A stretch of DNA of 64,000 bases from Limnochordia bacterium (GCA_050951545.1 JBMNJG010000004.1:192001-256000), one strand, 5' to 3'. Positions 29,609 to 40,484 are shown, numbered from the stretch's first letter. Notes: generated by a model from the sequence alone, not told the origin. Numbers and translations: made by a program.

Positions 29609-31057
29609 ATGGTGGAGATTCGGGTCACAAACACACTCACTCGGCAGAAGGAGCCTCTGATCCCTCTGCGTCCGGGTCAGATAAGTATGTATGTCTGTGG
29701 CGTCACCCCCTACGACGCTACTCACGCTGGGCACGCGCGCCCCGCGGTGGTCTTTGACGTAGTACGCAGATTCCTCCAGCGCAAAGGCTTTCAGGTGCGC
29801 ATGGTCCAGAACTTCACGGACGTAGACGACAAGATCATCGCCAGGGCCAACGAGCGAGGGCGTGATCCGCTGGAGCTGGCTCAGACATACTCGCAGGAGT
29901 ACCTACAGAGCATGGATCGTCTCGGGGTTGGGCGTGCGGATGTCTATCCGCGTGTCTCGGAACACATCGCTGATGTGATTGCGATGGTGGAGGAGCTTGT
30001 ACGGAAGGGCTTCGCGTACGTTGCGGATGGCGACGTGTTCTTTGATGTATCTCGCTTCCCGGAATACGGCAGACTATCCAACCAGAAACTGAGTGAGCTT
30101 GAGACAGGAACTCGTTTTGATGTTGATGAGCGGAAGCGTCATCCGGCAGACTTTGCGCTGTGGAAGGCCACAAGACCTGACGAGCCTGCATGGGACAGTC
30201 CCTGGGGGCACGGACGCCCTGGCTGGCATATTGAATGTTCCGCCATGTCCTCTCGCTACCTGGGCGATCAGATAGATATCCATGGCGGCGGAGTCGACTT
30301 GGTCTTTCCCCATCACGAGAATGAGATCGCCCAAAGTGAAGCCTTTAGCGGCCGGACTCCTTTTGTGCGCTACTGGCTCCATAATGGGTTGGTCAATCTG
30401 AACGGCGAGAAGATGTCGAAGTCCTTGGGCAATTTCCTGTCCGTGGAGGATGTTCTGGCCAAGTATCCAGCAGCGCTGCTGCGCTTTTTCATCTTGTCAC
30501 ACCACTATCGCAGCCCAGTGGATTTCGCTTCGGAGCACCTGGAAGCGGCACGCAAGGGTTGGCAGCGACTAAACACCCTGGTATGGGAATTACTGGATCT
30601 AGGGCTGAGCCCACAGTGGCCGGGGTTGACCAGCCTGTGGTCTGGAGAGGCAGAGCTTGATCCAAAGGGTCTGGGGGAGACTACAGCTAAGGCTGTACGT
30701 GAGTTTGATGAGGCTATGAGTGATGATTTCAACACGCCTCGGGCGATCGGAGTTCTCTTTGACGTAGTACGTGAGGTGCGAGCCGCTGGCATGGAGGCAA
30801 AGGGTATGGTATCAGCGCTGAGCTTCTTGCAGGAAGCGGCTGGTGATATTCTAGGTGTTCTGAGTGAGCGACCGTCTGAAATCCCCAGCGAAGACCTGAG
30901 TGCGCAGTTACTCGAGATGCTGGTGGAACTGAGGGGCGATGCTCGTGAACGCAGGGACTGGGCACAAGCCGATCGCATTCGCGATCGATTGAAGGAGCTT
31001 GGAGTCATGCTGGAGGATACGCCCGCGGGAACACGCTGGGTGGTTCGAAGCAAGTGA
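29609..31057 (+). CDS. cysS: Cysteinyl-tRNA synthetase
   Basis: MYVCGVT, HAGH, GRPGWHIECSAM, FPHHENE, KMSKS. Confidence 0.98.
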   Translation: MVEIRVTNTLTRQKEPLIPLRPGQISMYVCGVTPYDATHAGHARPAVVFDVVRRFLQRKGFQVRMVQNFTDVDDKIIARANERGRDPLELAQTYSQEYLQSMDRLGVGRADVYPRVSEHIADVIAMVEELVRKGFAYVADGDVFFDVSRFPEYGRLSNQKLSELETGTRFDVDERKRHPADFALWKATRPDEPAWDSPWGHGRPGWHIECSAMSSRYLGDQIDIHGGGVDLVFPHHENEIAQSEAFSGRTPFVRYWLHNGLVNLNGEKMSKSLGNFLSVEDVLAKYPAALLRFFILSHHYRSPVDFASEHLEAARKGWQRLNTLVWELLDLGLSPQWPGLTSLWSGEAELDPKGLGETTAKAVREFDEAMSDDFNTPRAIGVLFDVVREVRAAGMEAKGMVSALSFLQEAAGDILGVLSERPSEIPSEDLSAQLLEMLVELRGDARERRDWAQADRIRDRLKELGVMLEDTPAGTRWVVRSK

Positions 31058-31491
31058 GAGTAGCCTTTTTGTCAGGCCTTGGGCGCCTAGACGCCTCCGA
31101 GGCGCGTCAAGTGCATCCTTTGGCGTTAGCTTATCTAGGAGACGCGGTTTTCGAGCTTTATGTGCGCGATCGCCTCTTGGCTGGTGTCGCTCTTCCAGCC
31201 GCAGAGCTGCATAGACAGGCAGTGATGCGGGTTCGAGCCACAGCTCAGGCGTTCGTCTTGCGTGCATGCTTGGACGAACTCACGGATGATGAGGCCGACG
31301 TCGTGCGGCGGGCGCGCAACGCCCGCTGCTCGTCTTATCGACATGTGGATTCTGCTGACTATCACTATAGTACGGCTTTCGAAGCGCTCTTGGGATACTT
31401 GTACCTGCTGGGGTGCGAGGAGCGGCTCGAACAGCTGATGGAAGTAGCCTTCGAGATGGCGGACCAGCGAGAAAATGGGGGCGAGCATTGA
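31054..31491 (+). CDS. mrnC: Mini-ribonuclease III
   Basis: LAYLGDAVFELYVR, STAFEALLGYLYL; follows cysS. Confidence 0.93.
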   Translation: MRVAFLSGLGRLDASEARQVHPLALAYLGDAVFELYVRDRLLAGVALPAAELHRQAVMRVRATAQAFVLRACLDELTDDEADVVRRARNARCSSYRHVDSADYHYSTAFEALLGYLYLLGCEERLEQLMEVAFEMADQRENGGEH

Positions 31492-32290
31492 GGTGTATAG
31501 GTCAAAATCTGAGAAGCAAGGAGTGCCACGGCCCTCAGTGTCAGATCGGGAGCTCAAACAGGTGGAAGGGCGTAATCCGGTACGTGAGGCATTACGAGCA
31601 GGCCGATCTATGGAGCGGATTCTGATACTCAGCGAAGAGCGTAGCGGGCCTCTCACTGAGATCAGGCAACTGGCTCGTCAGCGTGGTGTACGAGTAGACG
31701 TGGTCGACAAGGAATACCTAGACAGGCGAAGCGTCACAGGCAGCCATCAGGGTGTGATCGCCTTGACGGCCGCCAAGGCTTACGTCGACGTGGATGAGAT
31801 TCTGCGGATAGCCAAGGAGCGTGAAGAGTCGCCTCTGCTATTGCTGTGCGACGGAGTGCAGGACCCGCACAATCTAGGGGCGCTGTTGCGTAGTGCAGAG
31901 GCCATGGGCGTCCATGGGGTCGTTATCCCTGCTCGTCGAGCCGTGGGGCTTACTGCTACAGTGGCGAAGACCTCAGCTGGGGCAGTTGAGCATGTGGCGG
32001 TGGCACGGGTGACGAACATGGTTCAGACTATGAAACGCTTGAAAGAAGCGGGGCTCTGGGTGGTGGGGGCGGAGATGTCTGCCGAGCGTACTCTTTGGGA
32101 GGCGGATCTTACGGGCCCCTTGGCGGTAGTTGTCGGCTCTGAAGGGGCGGGGCTGGGCCGGCTGGTGACCGAGCGTTGTGATTTCTTGGTTCGTCTTCCT
32201 ATGCGCGGACGTGTCAATTCCTTGAATGCTTCAGTCGCCGGCTCATTGGTCTTGTTTGAAGTCCTTCGCCAGCGCCATCAGCTGGTATAG
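31475..32290 (+). CDS. rlmB: 23S rRNA Gm2251 methyltransferase
   Basis: GRNPVREAL, HQGV, DPHNLGA..R, GSEG.G, SLNASVA; start uncertain. Confidence 0.93.
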   Translation: MGASIEVYRSKSEKQGVPRPSVSDRELKQVEGRNPVREALRAGRSMERILILSEERSGPLTEIRQLARQRGVRVDVVDKEYLDRRSVTGSHQGVIALTAAKAYVDVDEILRIAKEREESPLLLLCDGVQDPHNLGALLRSAEAMGVHGVVIPARRAVGLTATVAKTSAGAVEHVAVARVTNMVQTMKRLKEAGLWVVGAEMSAERTLWEADLTGPLAVVVGSEGAGLGRLVTERCDFLVRLPMRGRVNSLNASVAGSLVLFEVLRQRHQLV

Positions 32291-32342
32291 CGAGACGATA
32301 GGTGGTACAGAATAACTCGCGATCTTCCGCAACGGCGGGAGG

Positions 32343-33689
32343 GTGGCGAGTGAGATGCGTCGACCAGGTTGGCTCGTCGCGGCGATCCTAATATGTATGC
32401 TTCTAGGCTATGGCTCGGCCCGATGGCTGGTCTGGGCGAGACTCTCTCGTGAGGTCGTAACGGGTGGCAACAAGCTACCCATCAAGACCGAGGCCAGTTT
32501 CTTCGAGGCGTTGGACCGCCTCGAAGAAAAGCTTCTGGGTGGCACTCTGCAACTGGTGGCGGGAGACCAAGCTTGGGACCTGATTGGATCAGAGTTAGGT
32601 GTGCATCTGGACCGTGTGGGTATGTGGCGCGACGCCGCAGGACGCCCACCCGAAGGATACCTGGCTTTTCTTCTGCGCACAGCTCAGCCACGAAATCTGC
32701 CAATGCGTCTTATCTACGATGAGGCGTCGCTGAATGAGCGTCTAGCCATGATCGGCCAAGAGCTTTGGCGTGCCCCCCGCAACGCCCGTCTTGATCAGGT
32801 TACCAAAGCCATCGTAAAAGAAGAAAGCGGACAGGCACTGGACATCGCGGCAACCCGCGCACGTCTGCTGGATGGTTGGCGTGCGGGAGAGCACCAGGTC
32901 TTCGCTGTCGTTCAGAGCATTCCGCCTGCGACTACTGCTGAGACCCTGCGCGGCCTCGGCGTGCGGCATGTCTTGGCTCGCTTCTCCAGCTACTTCGATC
33001 CCGCCCAAGAGGGTCGAGTTGGCAACATTCGGATGGCCGCTAGTCTCCTCGACGGAGTCCTTCTGCGACCAGGCGAAGTGTTCTCATTCAACACAGTGAT
33101 CGGGCCGCGCACGCTCGAGCGAGGCTTTCGCGTTGCTCCTGAGATTGTTAACCAGGAGATGGTTTCAGGAGTTGGAGGTGGGATCTGTCAGGTCTCGTCC
33201 ACTCTTTATAATGCGGCCTTGCTCTCAGGGCTAGAGATCCTGGAGCGCCGGCATCACTCACGGCCTCTAGGTTACATAGGCATGGGTCGAGATGCCACCG
33301 TGTACTACGGAGCCATTGATTTCCGCTTCGCTAACCCTCATTCGTTTCCTATCTTGTTGTCTAGTGAGGTCGTGGCAAACCGAGTCACCATCTCAGTGTG
33401 GGCCTCCAGCAACCTACCGATAAGCTACGCCGTGATCGCTGAAGAGCCAGAGACGCTCCCTGCTGGCACGATCATCGAGAACGATCCTTGCATGCCTTTC
33501 GGGGAACCTGTCACCGTCAAAGAAGGACAACTGGGGTGGCGCGTCAACACGTGGCTGGCTGTGTTGGGGGCTGATGGTTCGGAAATGTGGCGAGAGCCCA
33601 TATCTCAGGATGTGTATCCCCCACAGCCATCTGTGCAACGTCAGAACTTAGCCGAGCCTTCGCTATCGCGGACTATCTCTACCCTGTGA
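32343..33689 (+). CDS. VanW-family membrane-anchored protein
   Basis: N-terminal TM; FSFNTVIGPRT, GVGGGICQVSSTLYNAAL, ERRHHS, GRDATV. Confidence 0.9.
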   Translation: MASEMRRPGWLVAAILICMLLGYGSARWLVWARLSREVVTGGNKLPIKTEASFFEALDRLEEKLLGGTLQLVAGDQAWDLIGSELGVHLDRVGMWRDAAGRPPEGYLAFLLRTAQPRNLPMRLIYDEASLNERLAMIGQELWRAPRNARLDQVTKAIVKEESGQALDIAATRARLLDGWRAGEHQVFAVVQSIPPATTAETLRGLGVRHVLARFSSYFDPAQEGRVGNIRMAASLLDGVLLRPGEVFSFNTVIGPRTLERGFRVAPEIVNQEMVSGVGGGICQVSSTLYNAALLSGLEILERRHHSRPLGYIGMGRDATVYYGAIDFRFANPHSFPILLSSEVVANRVTISVWASSNLPISYAVIAEEPETLPAGTIIENDPCMPFGEPVTVKEGQLGWRVNTWLAVLGADGSEMWREPISQDVYPPQPSVQRQNLAEPSLSRTISTL

Positions 33690-33761
33690 CTGGCCCTTCG
33701 CTGGCGGAGGCTTTCCCACATATTCCGACACATCGCCTGAGCTCGTCGCTGTACCCACGCC

Positions 33762-33790
33762 TTGACGCTCTCCAGTGAGTGATGTATAAT
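33762..33790 (+). promoter_or_regulatory. SigA promoter of sigH
   Basis: TTGACG-N17-TATAAT. Confidence 0.8.
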
Positions 33791-34001
33791 AACGCTAGAT
33801 TTTGGCCTGGAAAGCCCTTGTGAAGCTGATCCTCGCAAGTAAGGGCTTGCTAGAACCCCTGGTTGTACCTTTTTTTCAATGTATCGGGGTTTTTCTCCTT
33901 TATGTGGCAAAACCCAAAGGTCATTGTGGACAAGCTGACACCTTACCGACTTTTGTGTTTCACGATGATGGCCCCGGAGCTTCTTGTTGGAGGAGATGCG
34001 A

Positions 34002-34664
34002 TTGAGCGTCTACGCGGAGCGAAGCTACTACGCTGTATATGAGAGTCTGTGTGATGAAGAGGTAGTGGCCTTTGCTCGAGGTGGGGATGAGGTAGCCCAG
34101 GAGTACCTGATCAGCAAGTATCGCAACTTCGTACGAGCCAAAGCCCGGTCTTATTTTCTCATCGGAGCTGATCGCGAGGACATCATCCAAGAAGGTATGA
34201 TTGGGCTGTACAAGGCCATACGCGACTTTCGACCCGACAAGCTTGCTTCCTTCCGGGCCTTCGCAGAGTTGTGTATCACAAGGCAGATCATCACCGCAAT
34301 CAAAACAGCCACCCGGCAGAAGCACATCCCTCTCAACTCATACGTGTCACTTAACAAACCCATCTATGATGAGGAATCAGATCGCACTCTGATGGATATT
34401 ATTTCGGGCAGCAAGGTAACAGATCCTGAAGAACTGGTCATTAGTCGCGAGGAGTTCATAGATATCGAGGGTAAGATGAGTGAATTCCTCAGCGAGCTAG
34501 AATGGAACGTACTAATGTTCTACTTGGAAGGCAAGTCTTATCAGGAGATCGCTGAAGAGCTGTCGAGACACGTCAAGTCTATTGACAACGCCCTGCAGCG
34601 GGTTAAGCGCAAGTTAGAGCGCTATCTCGAAAAACGCGAAAGCGAAATGGCACGCCAAGCTTGA
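34002..34664 (+). CDS. sigH: RNA polymerase sigma-H factor
   Basis: KARSYFLIGADREDIIQEGMIGLYKAIRD, KHIPLNSYVSL, SIDNALQRVKRKL; TTG 8 nt after GGAGG. Confidence 0.97.
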   Translation: MSVYAERSYYAVYESLCDEEVVAFARGGDEVAQEYLISKYRNFVRAKARSYFLIGADREDIIQEGMIGLYKAIRDFRPDKLASFRAFAELCITRQIITAIKTATRQKHIPLNSYVSLNKPIYDEESDRTLMDIISGSKVTDPEELVISREEFIDIEGKMSEFLSELEWNVLMFYLEGKSYQEIAEELSRHVKSIDNALQRVKRKLERYLEKRESEMARQA

Positions 34665-34689
34665 CAGTACCAGCAGAGGATGCTAGAGT
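34661..34689 (+). promoter_or_regulatory. SigA promoter of tRNA-Thr(TGT)
   Basis: TTGACA-N17-TAGAGT overlapping the sigH stop codon. Confidence 0.7.
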
Positions 34690-34722
34690 GATTCATGCTA
34701 GCAGCGGCGATGTCTTCGGAAT

Positions 34723-34798
34723 GCCAGCGTAGCTCAATTGGCAGAGCACCCGCCTTGTAAGCGGGAGGTTGCGGGTTCGATTCCCACCGCTGGCTCCA
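34723..34798 (+). tRNA. tRNA-Thr(TGT)
   Basis: Cloverleaf, CCCGC-CT-TGT-AA-GCGGG anticodon arm, GGTTCGA, CCA end. Confidence 0.97.
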
Positions 34799-34844
34799 AC
34801 TTCTCTTAGCCATGAGAACCCTAGCGTTAGTGCTTCGAGAGGTC

Positions 34845-34873
34845 TTGACAACCCACCAACAGGATGTTACGAT
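34845..34873 (+). promoter_or_regulatory. SigA promoter of tRNA-Tyr/tRNA-fMet
   Basis: TTGACA-N17-TACGAT with TG extension. Confidence 0.75.
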
Positions 34874-34894
34874 TGTATTCGTTGCTCGTAACGT

Positions 34895-34980
<86 letters not shown>

Positions 34981-34985
34981 TATGT

Positions 34986-35062
34986 CGCGGGGTGGAGCAG
35001 CCAGGTAGCTCGTCGGGCTCATAACCCGAAGGTTGTCGGTTCAAATCCGGCCCCCGCAACCA
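34986..35062 (+). tRNA. Initiator tRNA-fMet(CAT)
   Basis: C1:A72 mismatch, GGG/CCC anticodon stem, CAT anticodon, CCA end. Confidence 0.96.
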
Positions 35063-35065
35063 AGC

Positions 35066-35107
35066 AGCAGAGTCTGTGTCTCGTAAAGGCGCAGACTCTG
35101 CTCTTTT
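35066..35107 (+). terminator. Intrinsic terminator after tRNA-fMet
   Basis: AGCAGAGTCTG...CAGACTCTGCT followed by CTTTT. Confidence 0.8.
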
Positions 35108-35148
35108 ATCCGCAGTGGCGTCATTATTCATTTCATCGATATTTGGTG

Positions 35149-35178
35149 TAGACGAGGGCCGAGGTGGTGTGGTACAAT
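35149..35178 (+). promoter_or_regulatory. SigA promoter of tRNA-Thr(GGT)
   Basis: TAGACG-N18-TACAAT with TG extension. Confidence 0.6.
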
Positions 35179-35192
35179 GCATCGTGTGGCAG

Positions 35193-35270
35193 GCCCGTAT
35201 AGCTCAGCCGAGGCAGAGCGCACCCTTGGTAAGGGTGAGGTCGCCGGTTCGACTCCGGCTACGGGCTCCA
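35193..35270 (+). tRNA. tRNA-Thr(GGT)
   Basis: CACCC-TT-GGT-AA-GGGTG arm, GGTTCGA, CCA end. Confidence 0.96.
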
Positions 35271-35284
35271 GCCTCTACAAGGGG

Positions 35285-35313
35285 AAGGCTCACCGGCTGG
35301 TGGGCCTTTTTTT
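35285..35313 (+). terminator. Intrinsic terminator after tRNA-Thr(GGT)
   Basis: AGGCTCACC-GGCT-GGTGGGCCT followed by a T run. Confidence 0.85.
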
Positions 35314-35346
35314 CTGACGAAGGGCCGCGGACGGTGAGTTTCTGTG

Positions 35347-35373
35347 GCAGGAAAAACGAGAGGTGTAAAGAAT
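35347..35373 (+). promoter_or_regulatory. SigH-consensus promoter upstream of tuf copy 1
   Basis: GCAGGAAAA-N11-AAAGAAT, full match to RNAGGAWWW-N11/12-RNNGAAT. Confidence 0.65.
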
Positions 35374-35464
35374 TGGCCACGGGGCACACCAGTGCGTAGT
35401 AGGTCCCTTATTTCCACTTGCTCCGCGCCTGCCGGAGCAAGTGTCGAGACGAGGAGTGATCAAT

Positions 35465-36664
<1,200 letters not shown>

Positions 36665-36827
36665 CACGACAGCGCCTACAGACTCAGACGCCGCGCTCCT
36701 CTGAGGGAAATAGGCCACTGCATAGCTTGCGGATGGTTGGGAAATCCTACCACGCAAAGGCACAGCGGCCGTCAAGAGAAGGCGACTCGAAACTGGCCAA
36801 GTCCGTGTTTTCGAAGGCCTTCCCACG

Positions 36828-36856
36828 TTGACAGGTACAGGGGAGTGTGTTAGAGT
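36828..36856 (+). promoter_or_regulatory. SigA promoter of rpmG-secE-nusG
   Basis: TTGACA-N17-TAGAGT with TG extension. Confidence 0.7.
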
Positions 36857-36894
36857 CGGATGGTAATGCCGTTGTGACCTGGAGGTGATCTGGG

Positions 36895-37044
36895 ATGCGT
36901 GTGGGGGTTACTCTCGAATGCACCCAGTGTAAAAATCGCAATTACCGAACGATGAAAAATCGCCGTAACGATCCCGACAGGCTCGAGCTGAAGAAGTACT
37001 GCCCCACGTGCCGCACGCACACGTCTCATCGCGAGACACGCTAA
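36895..37044 (+). CDS. rpmG: 50S ribosomal protein L33 (Zn-binding form; not in ORF track)
   Basis: [49 protein letters not shown]; GGAGGTGA RBS. Confidence 0.97.
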   Translation: MRVGVTLECTQCKNRNYRTMKNRRNDPDRLELKKYCPTCRTHTSHRETR

Positions 37045-37058
37045 AGGATGTGAAGGCA

Positions 37059-37283
37059 ATGGCAGTTGCAAAGGGTGCGCGGCGACCGCTACGCGAGCGA
37101 CTGAAACGCTATTTTCGGGAGTCGAGGGCCGAACTACGCAAAGTTAGCTGGCCCAATCGCAAGGAGCTGACGACCTACACATTGGTGGTCATTTTCACTA
37201 CCGCAGTTGTCTCTATCTTTGTTGGCCTGGTAGACCTCCTGTTTAGTCAGCTGTTTGGCCTACTCCGTCTTGTAGGGAGGTGA
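37059..37283 (+). CDS. secE: Preprotein translocase SecE
   Basis: ELRKVSWP plus one TM helix; between rpmG and nusG. Confidence 0.95.
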   Translation: MAVAKGARRPLRERLKRYFRESRAELRKVSWPNRKELTTYTLVVIFTTAVVSIFVGLVDLLFSQLFGLLRLVGR

Positions 37284-37336
37284 GGAGTGAGGACCAGTGT
37301 TGTGTTCTCGCTCCTGCAAGTGTGCTCAAGGATAAC

Positions 37337-37927
37337 ATGAAAGAAGAAGCTGCAGAAGAACGCATGGACATTGATGCGTTTCTTGACGTTGGCAGCGATA
37401 TTGACAAGGATTGGTACGTCATCCATACCTACTCCGGTTATGAGAACAAGGTGAAGGCTAACCTTGAACGGCGTGTGGAGTCTATGGGTATGGAGGACAA
37501 GATTTTTCGTGTCCTTGTGCCCACCGAAGAAGAGATTGACTTCAAAGACGGTAAGAAGCGCATAATCAAGAAAAAGGTCTTCCCAGGTTACGTCTTGGTA
37601 GAGATGCTGATGAGTGATGATTCATGGTATGTAGTGCGCAATACGCCAGGTGTTACGGGCTTTGTGGGCTCCGGATCCAAACCGATTCCTTTGGACCGAG
37701 AAGAGGTCAAGACGATACTCAAGCAGATGGGCTTCGACGAAGGACGTCCCCGAGTGGCCTTTAACGTGGGGGATGCGATTCGCGTGGTCTCGGGTCCTTT
37801 CGCTAACTTCGACGGAGGGATCGAGGAAGTGAACATCGAGCGAGGGAAAGTACGGGTCGTCATCTCGATGTTCGGACGCGACACCCCTATAGAGCTTGAC
37901 TTTGAGCAGATAGAGAAGCTGTCATAA
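37337..37927 (+). CDS. nusG: Transcription factor NusG
   Basis: WYVIHTYSGYENKV, FPGYVLV, VRNTPGVTGF, KOW; start uncertain. Confidence 0.97.
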   Translation: MKEEAAEERMDIDAFLDVGSDIDKDWYVIHTYSGYENKVKANLERRVESMGMEDKIFRVLVPTEEEIDFKDGKKRIIKKKVFPGYVLVEMLMSDDSWYVVRNTPGVTGFVGSGSKPIPLDREEVKTILKQMGFDEGRPRVAFNVGDAIRVVSGPFANFDGGIEEVNIERGKVRVVISMFGRDTPIELDFEQIEKLS

Positions 37928-37953
37928 CGCTCTGGCAGGCTCGTGGTGGGGAA

Positions 37954-37984
37954 GTGGGAGGGCCAATGGGCCCGTTACGACCAC
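37954..37984 (+). promoter_or_regulatory. Probable L1-binding mRNA site before rplK
   Basis: GTGGGAG-GGCC...CCGTTACGACCAC stem/internal loop next to RBS. Confidence 0.65.
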
Positions 37985-38002
37985 ATTCTGAGGAGGATTT
38001 AC

Positions 38003-38428
38003 GTGGCCAAGAAGATCATCGCGATTGTGAAACTACAGTGCCCTGCTGGTAAGGCGACGCCCGCGCCTCCGGTGGGACCGGCGTTGGGTCAACACGCCGT
38101 AAACATCATGGAGTTTGTCAAGGCGTTTAACGAGCGAACCGCCCATCAGGCCGGTATGATTATCCCGGCAGAGATCACGGTCTATGCCGATCGTTCGTTT
38201 ACGTTCATCACGAAAACTCCGCCTGCATCTGTGCTGTTGAAGAAAGCCGCTGGCCTGGAAAAGGGCTCGGGTACGCCGAACACGGCCAAGGTGGCCACGG
38301 TTACCCAAGACCAGGTGCGGGAGATTGCTACCCTAAAGATGGCGGATCTCAATGCGGCGAGCGTTGATTCGGCTGCGCGAATGATCGCCGGGACTGCTCG
38401 CAGCATGGGCATTGTGGTCAAGGGGTAG
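38003..38428 (+). CDS. rplK: 50S ribosomal protein L11
   Basis: [29 protein letters not shown]. Confidence 0.98.
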   Translation: MAKKIIAIVKLQCPAGKATPAPPVGPALGQHAVNIMEFVKAFNERTAHQAGMIIPAEITVYADRSFTFITKTPPASVLLKKAAGLEKGSGTPNTAKVATVTQDQVREIATLKMADLNAASVDSAARMIAGTARSMGIVVKG

Positions 38429-38452
38429 TGTCGCCATAGTAGGGACAGGTCT

Positions 38453-38482
38453 GTGGGAGGCGCTTTGCGCCGTTTGAACCAC
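38453..38482 (+). promoter_or_regulatory. Probable L1-binding mRNA site before rplA
   Basis: GTGGGAG-GCGC-TTT-GCGC-CGTTTGAACCAC; same layout as the rplK site. Confidence 0.7.
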
Positions 38483-38497
38483 GAGGAGGATAATCAT

Positions 38498-39205
38498 ATG
38501 GCCAAGCGCAGTAAAAGGTATAAGACCGTAAGCGAGTTAGTCGATCCAGAGAAGTACTATTCCCCGGCCGAGGCTGTGGACCTCATCAAGCAAACGGCTA
38601 CAGCCAAGTTTGACGAGTCGGTCGATGTGGCTCTAAAATTGGGTGTGGACCCTCGTCATGCTGATCAACAGGTGCGCGGTACGGTAGTCTTGCCTCACGG
38701 CCTCGGCAAAAGCGTCCGCGTTGCAGTGTTCGCGCAGGGCGAGAAGGCCCGAGAAGCCGAAGAGGCTGGAGCGGATCTCGTCGGGGGCGAGGATCTCGCA
38801 GCCCAAGTGCAGGCAGGACAGATTGAGTTTGACGTGGCCATTGCCACCCCTGACATGATGAGTATTGTTGGACGCCTAGGCCGGATTTTGGGTCCTCGGG
38901 GTTTGATGCCGAATCCCCGAGCTGGCACGGTGACCTTTGACATTGAGCAAGCAGTGAAGGAATTTAAGGCGGGTAAGGTGGAGTATCGGGTAAATCGGGA
39001 TGCTGGTGTCTATGTGGTCATCGGCAAAGCTTCGTTTACACCTGAGGCACTTCAGGAGAATTTCACCGTCTTTATGGATGCCATTTTGCGGGCTAGGCCT
39101 GCAGCGGCAAAAGGGAATTACCTGCGCAAAGTAGCGATCTCGACATCGATGGGCCCGGGGATCAAGATTGATCCACAAGAGCTGGTCGCCACGAAAACGC
39201 GCTAG
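38498..39205 (+). CDS. rplA: 50S ribosomal protein L1
   Basis: [31 protein letters not shown]. Confidence 0.98.
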   Translation: MAKRSKRYKTVSELVDPEKYYSPAEAVDLIKQTATAKFDESVDVALKLGVDPRHADQQVRGTVVLPHGLGKSVRVAVFAQGEKAREAEEAGADLVGGEDLAAQVQAGQIEFDVAIATPDMMSIVGRLGRILGPRGLMPNPRAGTVTFDIEQAVKEFKAGKVEYRVNRDAGVYVVIGKASFTPEALQENFTVFMDAILRARPAAAKGNYLRKVAISTSMGPGIKIDPQELVATKTR

Positions 39206-39252
39206 CGCAGTTAGTCCAAGTGGAAGAACGGGCAACTGAATAGGATTTGAGT

Positions 39253-39330
39253 AGCCATAGACAGCTGGTGCTTTCTGCCCTGTATCGAGGGGCGGAGCTT
39301 AAGGAGCCCACAGCTCGCCTGCCGAGGCTT
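39253..39330 (+). ncRNA. L10 leader
   Basis: GCCATAGACAGCTGG...TTAA...CCTGCCGAGGCT before rplJ; terminator-like stem ending GGATCCTTTTT at about 39420. Confidence 0.8.
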
Positions 39331-39445
39331 GTGAAAAGTCCCACGTACCATGCGGGATCTTTCGCGAGTAGAGCGCGGGTACTGGTCCGTGCGTCTATCA
39401 GCTGCGGAGGATCCTTTTTCGTGCTCAGCTGAAGGGAGGGATTCG

Positions 39446-39976
39446 ATGCCAACCCCGAAGAAAGAAGCAAAGGTTGCAGAGATCCAAGATCGGTTTTCGC
39501 GTGCGCAAGGAACTGTGCTCGCCGAATTCAGGGGTCTCGATGTGCGTGCGCTGACTGAGCTTCGCCGCCAGTCTAGAGAAGCTGGCGTGGAATTCAGGGT
39601 CCTAAAGAACACCCTGGTCACTCTAGCGGCGAATCGTGCAGGGATTGAGGGACTGGAAGATCACCTTACGGGGCCCAACGCCTATGCCTTTGGCTATGAT
39701 GATCCGGTTGCACCCGCAAAGGTATTGTCTGAGTTTGCAAAGGTACACCAGGAGCTACTCATCAAGGCTGGCGTGCTTGAGGGTAGAGTGATTGATGCTC
39801 AAGCGGTAGAGGCTCTGGCCGCGCTGCCATCTCGAGAGGTCCTTCTGGCCCAGCTGTTACAGGTCATGCAAGGCCCAATTAGCGGGCTGGTCAATGTCTT
39901 GCAGGGCACGCTGGGTAGTCTTGTCTACGCCCTAGAGGCGGTGCGCCAGAAGAAAGAGCAAGAGGCAAATGCCTAA
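39446..39976 (+). CDS. rplJ: 50S ribosomal protein L10
   Basis: FRGL.V..LTELR, VLKNTL, LPSREVLLAQ. Confidence 0.97.
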   Translation: MPTPKKEAKVAEIQDRFSRAQGTVLAEFRGLDVRALTELRRQSREAGVEFRVLKNTLVTLAANRAGIEGLEDHLTGPNAYAFGYDDPVAPAKVLSEFAKVHQELLIKAGVLEGRVIDAQAVEALAALPSREVLLAQLLQVMQGPISGLVNVLQGTLGSLVYALEAVRQKKEQEANA

Positions 39977-40024
39977 GGTAGGTCCTCTGGACGACCTAGG
40001 ACGTTTTTGAGGGGGTACATTACA

Positions 40025-40396
40025 GTGGCACATGAGGAACTGATCCAGACCATTGAGAAGATGACTGTTCTGGAGCTATCGGAGCTAGTAAAGGCTCTGG
40101 AGGAGCGATTTGGCGTAAGCGCTGCGGCACCTGTAGCCGTGGCTGCTGCGGGCGGACCTGCTGCGGCGGCTGCCGAGGCGGAGCAGACGGAGTTTGACGT
40201 CATCCTGACAGCTTATGGAGACAAGAAGATCCAGGTTATTAAGGTGGTACGTGAACTCACAGGTCTTGGCCTCAAGGAAGCCAAGGATCTCGTGGATAGC
40301 GCGCCAAAGCCAGTCAAGGAAGGCATTGACAAGGCTGCAGCCGAGGAGATCAAAGCTAAGCTGGAAGAGGCGGGAGCTACAGTCGAGGTTAAGTAA
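40025..40396 (+). CDS. rplL: 50S ribosomal protein L7/L12
   Basis: FGVSAAAP hinge, [20 protein letters not shown]. Confidence 0.98.
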   Translation: MAHEELIQTIEKMTVLELSELVKALEERFGVSAAAPVAVAAAGGPAAAAAEAEQTEFDVILTAYGDKKIQVIKVVRELTGLGLKEAKDLVDSAPKPVKEGIDKAAAEEIKAKLEEAGATVEVK

Positions 40397-40406
40397 GCAA
40401 CCTTGT

Positions 40407-40444
40407 GGGTGTGCTCGCGGGCCCTACGACCCGCGAGCACACTC
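40407..40444 (+). terminator. Hairpin after rplL
   Basis: GTGTGCTCGCGGG / CCCGCGAGCACAC inverted repeat; no U-tract. Confidence 0.55.
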
Positions 40445-40455
40445 AGAATAAGTAA

Positions 40456-40484
40456 TTGACAGGGCTCTAGCCAAGTGATAAACT
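40456..40484 (+). promoter_or_regulatory. SigA promoter far upstream of rpoB
   Basis: TTGACA-N17-TAAACT with TG extension. Confidence 0.65.

Noticed and set aside
29720-29740. HAGH instead of HIGH in CysS
   Set aside because: Second position of the HIGH motif is variable; all other CysRS motifs are intact.
33802-34005. 67-aa ORF or c-di-GMP-I riboswitch (GGCAAAACC) in the sigH leader
   Set aside because: No RBS for the ORF; the GNRA loop and GCAAAGC elements of the riboswitch are missing.
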